A stretch of DNA of 64,000 bases from a virus. Lineage: Duplodnaviria > Caudoviricetes. Position numbers and translations under genes: made by a program. The notes beneath the pieces are model-generated. The model was not told the DNA's origin and ran no database searches. It saw only the letters and a program-made list of their open reading frames with translations. The stretch spans positions 543-64,542 of the IMG/VR virus record IMGVR_UViG_3300042503_000724; one strand, written 5' to 3'. Below are positions 63,901-64,000 of this stretch, piece after piece (position 1 is the first letter of the stretch; each line of letters opens with the position of its first letter).

Positions 63901-64000
63901 AGTGCTTCTCCTGCTTTACGAGCATTAATAAGAGACTGTTGATACTTGTTATATGCAACTGTTAGAACGGCAAGACCTGCCATAATTCCAATTGTCAGAG
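60933..64000 (-). CDS. Tape measure protein (5' part outside window) with C-terminal M23 peptidase domain
   Basis: Long Ala/Glu/Lys/Gln helical region; YADGGYVSGPGTSTSDSIPARLSNGEYVV; AIDY, YAHL, STGPHLHFE; frame open to the window end. Confidence 0.9.
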   Translation of the reverse strand, partial: LTIGIMAGLAVLTVAYNKYQQSLINARKAGEALYASQTNAAQYFGIELKSVNAAMQENIKLAKEMGFSKGASAAAVDPALKETVLQQEENQKIVEQLKNSEDPAAIYLGQYGRMLQQGFTADQAQQILAVLAQASGKMDSLRSIQGQMDSATVLDKNGNVDQRATEINATKLVEEAVTLNIDNLFMQVSSKTAVQNALLNDANTLPLGEQPIPIPVAPQPEMTKLSGEEDFKNLTGQITGALNAALTSPDVIKGFNMLSTTVDQVYANAEETGTNIGKTTQALQQANLDKAKELGYADDSKFVLTLKDALVSADSEAEGIKNQMLLLQAEAMNIDLTQLIADLKNSKDEAFGLQQQIAAVETQKRIDIEINSNVQEAISVIDAEIQTRTAYYDQLIANNESAQESENERTKNFQKNMEKRNKAIQKEIKGIQRAADEQIKSKEKEIDAIEESSEKYLKALESQKEESSFLASQGQTALGGLNALASGDVIGFLQARDEMASSAQENAQQSEIKKIEDLTDARVTDIEKTIDSIKEKADAETQTLQDQLDANQELMDKESERHDNRMEALNKESIQIQKNKADELNKFNSAKSALEDFINTPVGEKLGKDLSEYATAITTVASNMPAESQAIMKGLAEGFTSGFSGVFNQQIDAAAKEFDLDPTSLKELIENSLPKAGKNNPAAKDGTGTYADGGYVSGPGTSTSDSIPARLSNGEYVVKADSVKRIGKGTLDKINNGDRVGGVAIASAGAITGSMGQRIGATTIANALVQKASESINEEPENNDGGGSGLPSSIPEKLGAVAKILRQAFPISARGLYPSGKQHSARYATAIDYKTPTGTPVYAMASGTASQRNRGNSSFGRFVTIKHSDGTESLYAHLNEFGKDGSVSAGDLIGYSGNSGNSTGPHLHFEWSALKNGENPPGMRIGGETMSDGLANLHKGEIVLTKPLTQQLKDGIAELKFGMPSISGISPIDSGTMVSSSNTYNISVDASGPSMDPNKIAQKIVTAISREEDRRSFGRSS

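Noticed and set aside
1-64000. Stop-codon reassignment, or prophage/integration features
   Set aside because: Standard code gives full-length genes ending in TAA, TAG and TGA; no suppressor tRNA, integrase, att-like repeat or host flank seen.

Overview
This 64-kb window is part of a large, AT-rich tailed dsDNA phage genome, probably a siphovirus. Essentially all real genes are on the minus strand. An actinobacterial host is inferred from WhiB, a DUF7455-like protein and several leaderless TANNNT-N6/7-ATG starts. Reading right to left (transcription order): (1) tail module with a partial tape measure protein carrying a C-terminal M23 domain, Dit-like and hub proteins, and fibre module 1; (2) replication/recombination module with DnaB, primase, SSB, DnaE, MazG-like, RecA, resolvases and a Cas4-like nuclease; (3) GT32 plus sugar nucleotidyltransferase, and terminase; (4) four tRNAs, M23 lysin and thioredoxin; (5) fibre module 2; (6) an accessory glyco/modification cluster; (7) a secreted subtilase, WhiB, a PNK-type phosphatase and methylglyoxal synthase. 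The strongest candidate for an undescribed system is a duplicated four-gene appendage kit (anchor, hub, connector, tip). The second tip protein carries a 24-Cys insert with mirror-symmetric spacing, predicting a long disulfide-laddered hairpin with an Arg/Trp apex. It is followed directly by a putative maturation cluster: two dUTPase-fold DUF6065-like proteins, an MTase with an altered catalytic motif, a GT60-like GlcNAc transferase, GT4 and an RmlB-like dehydratase. Other highlights are a phage mgsA, promoters embedded in hairpins and a shared TGACAnnTGTCA palindrome over two -35 boxes. All family assignments come from motif recognition by eye; no database searches were run.
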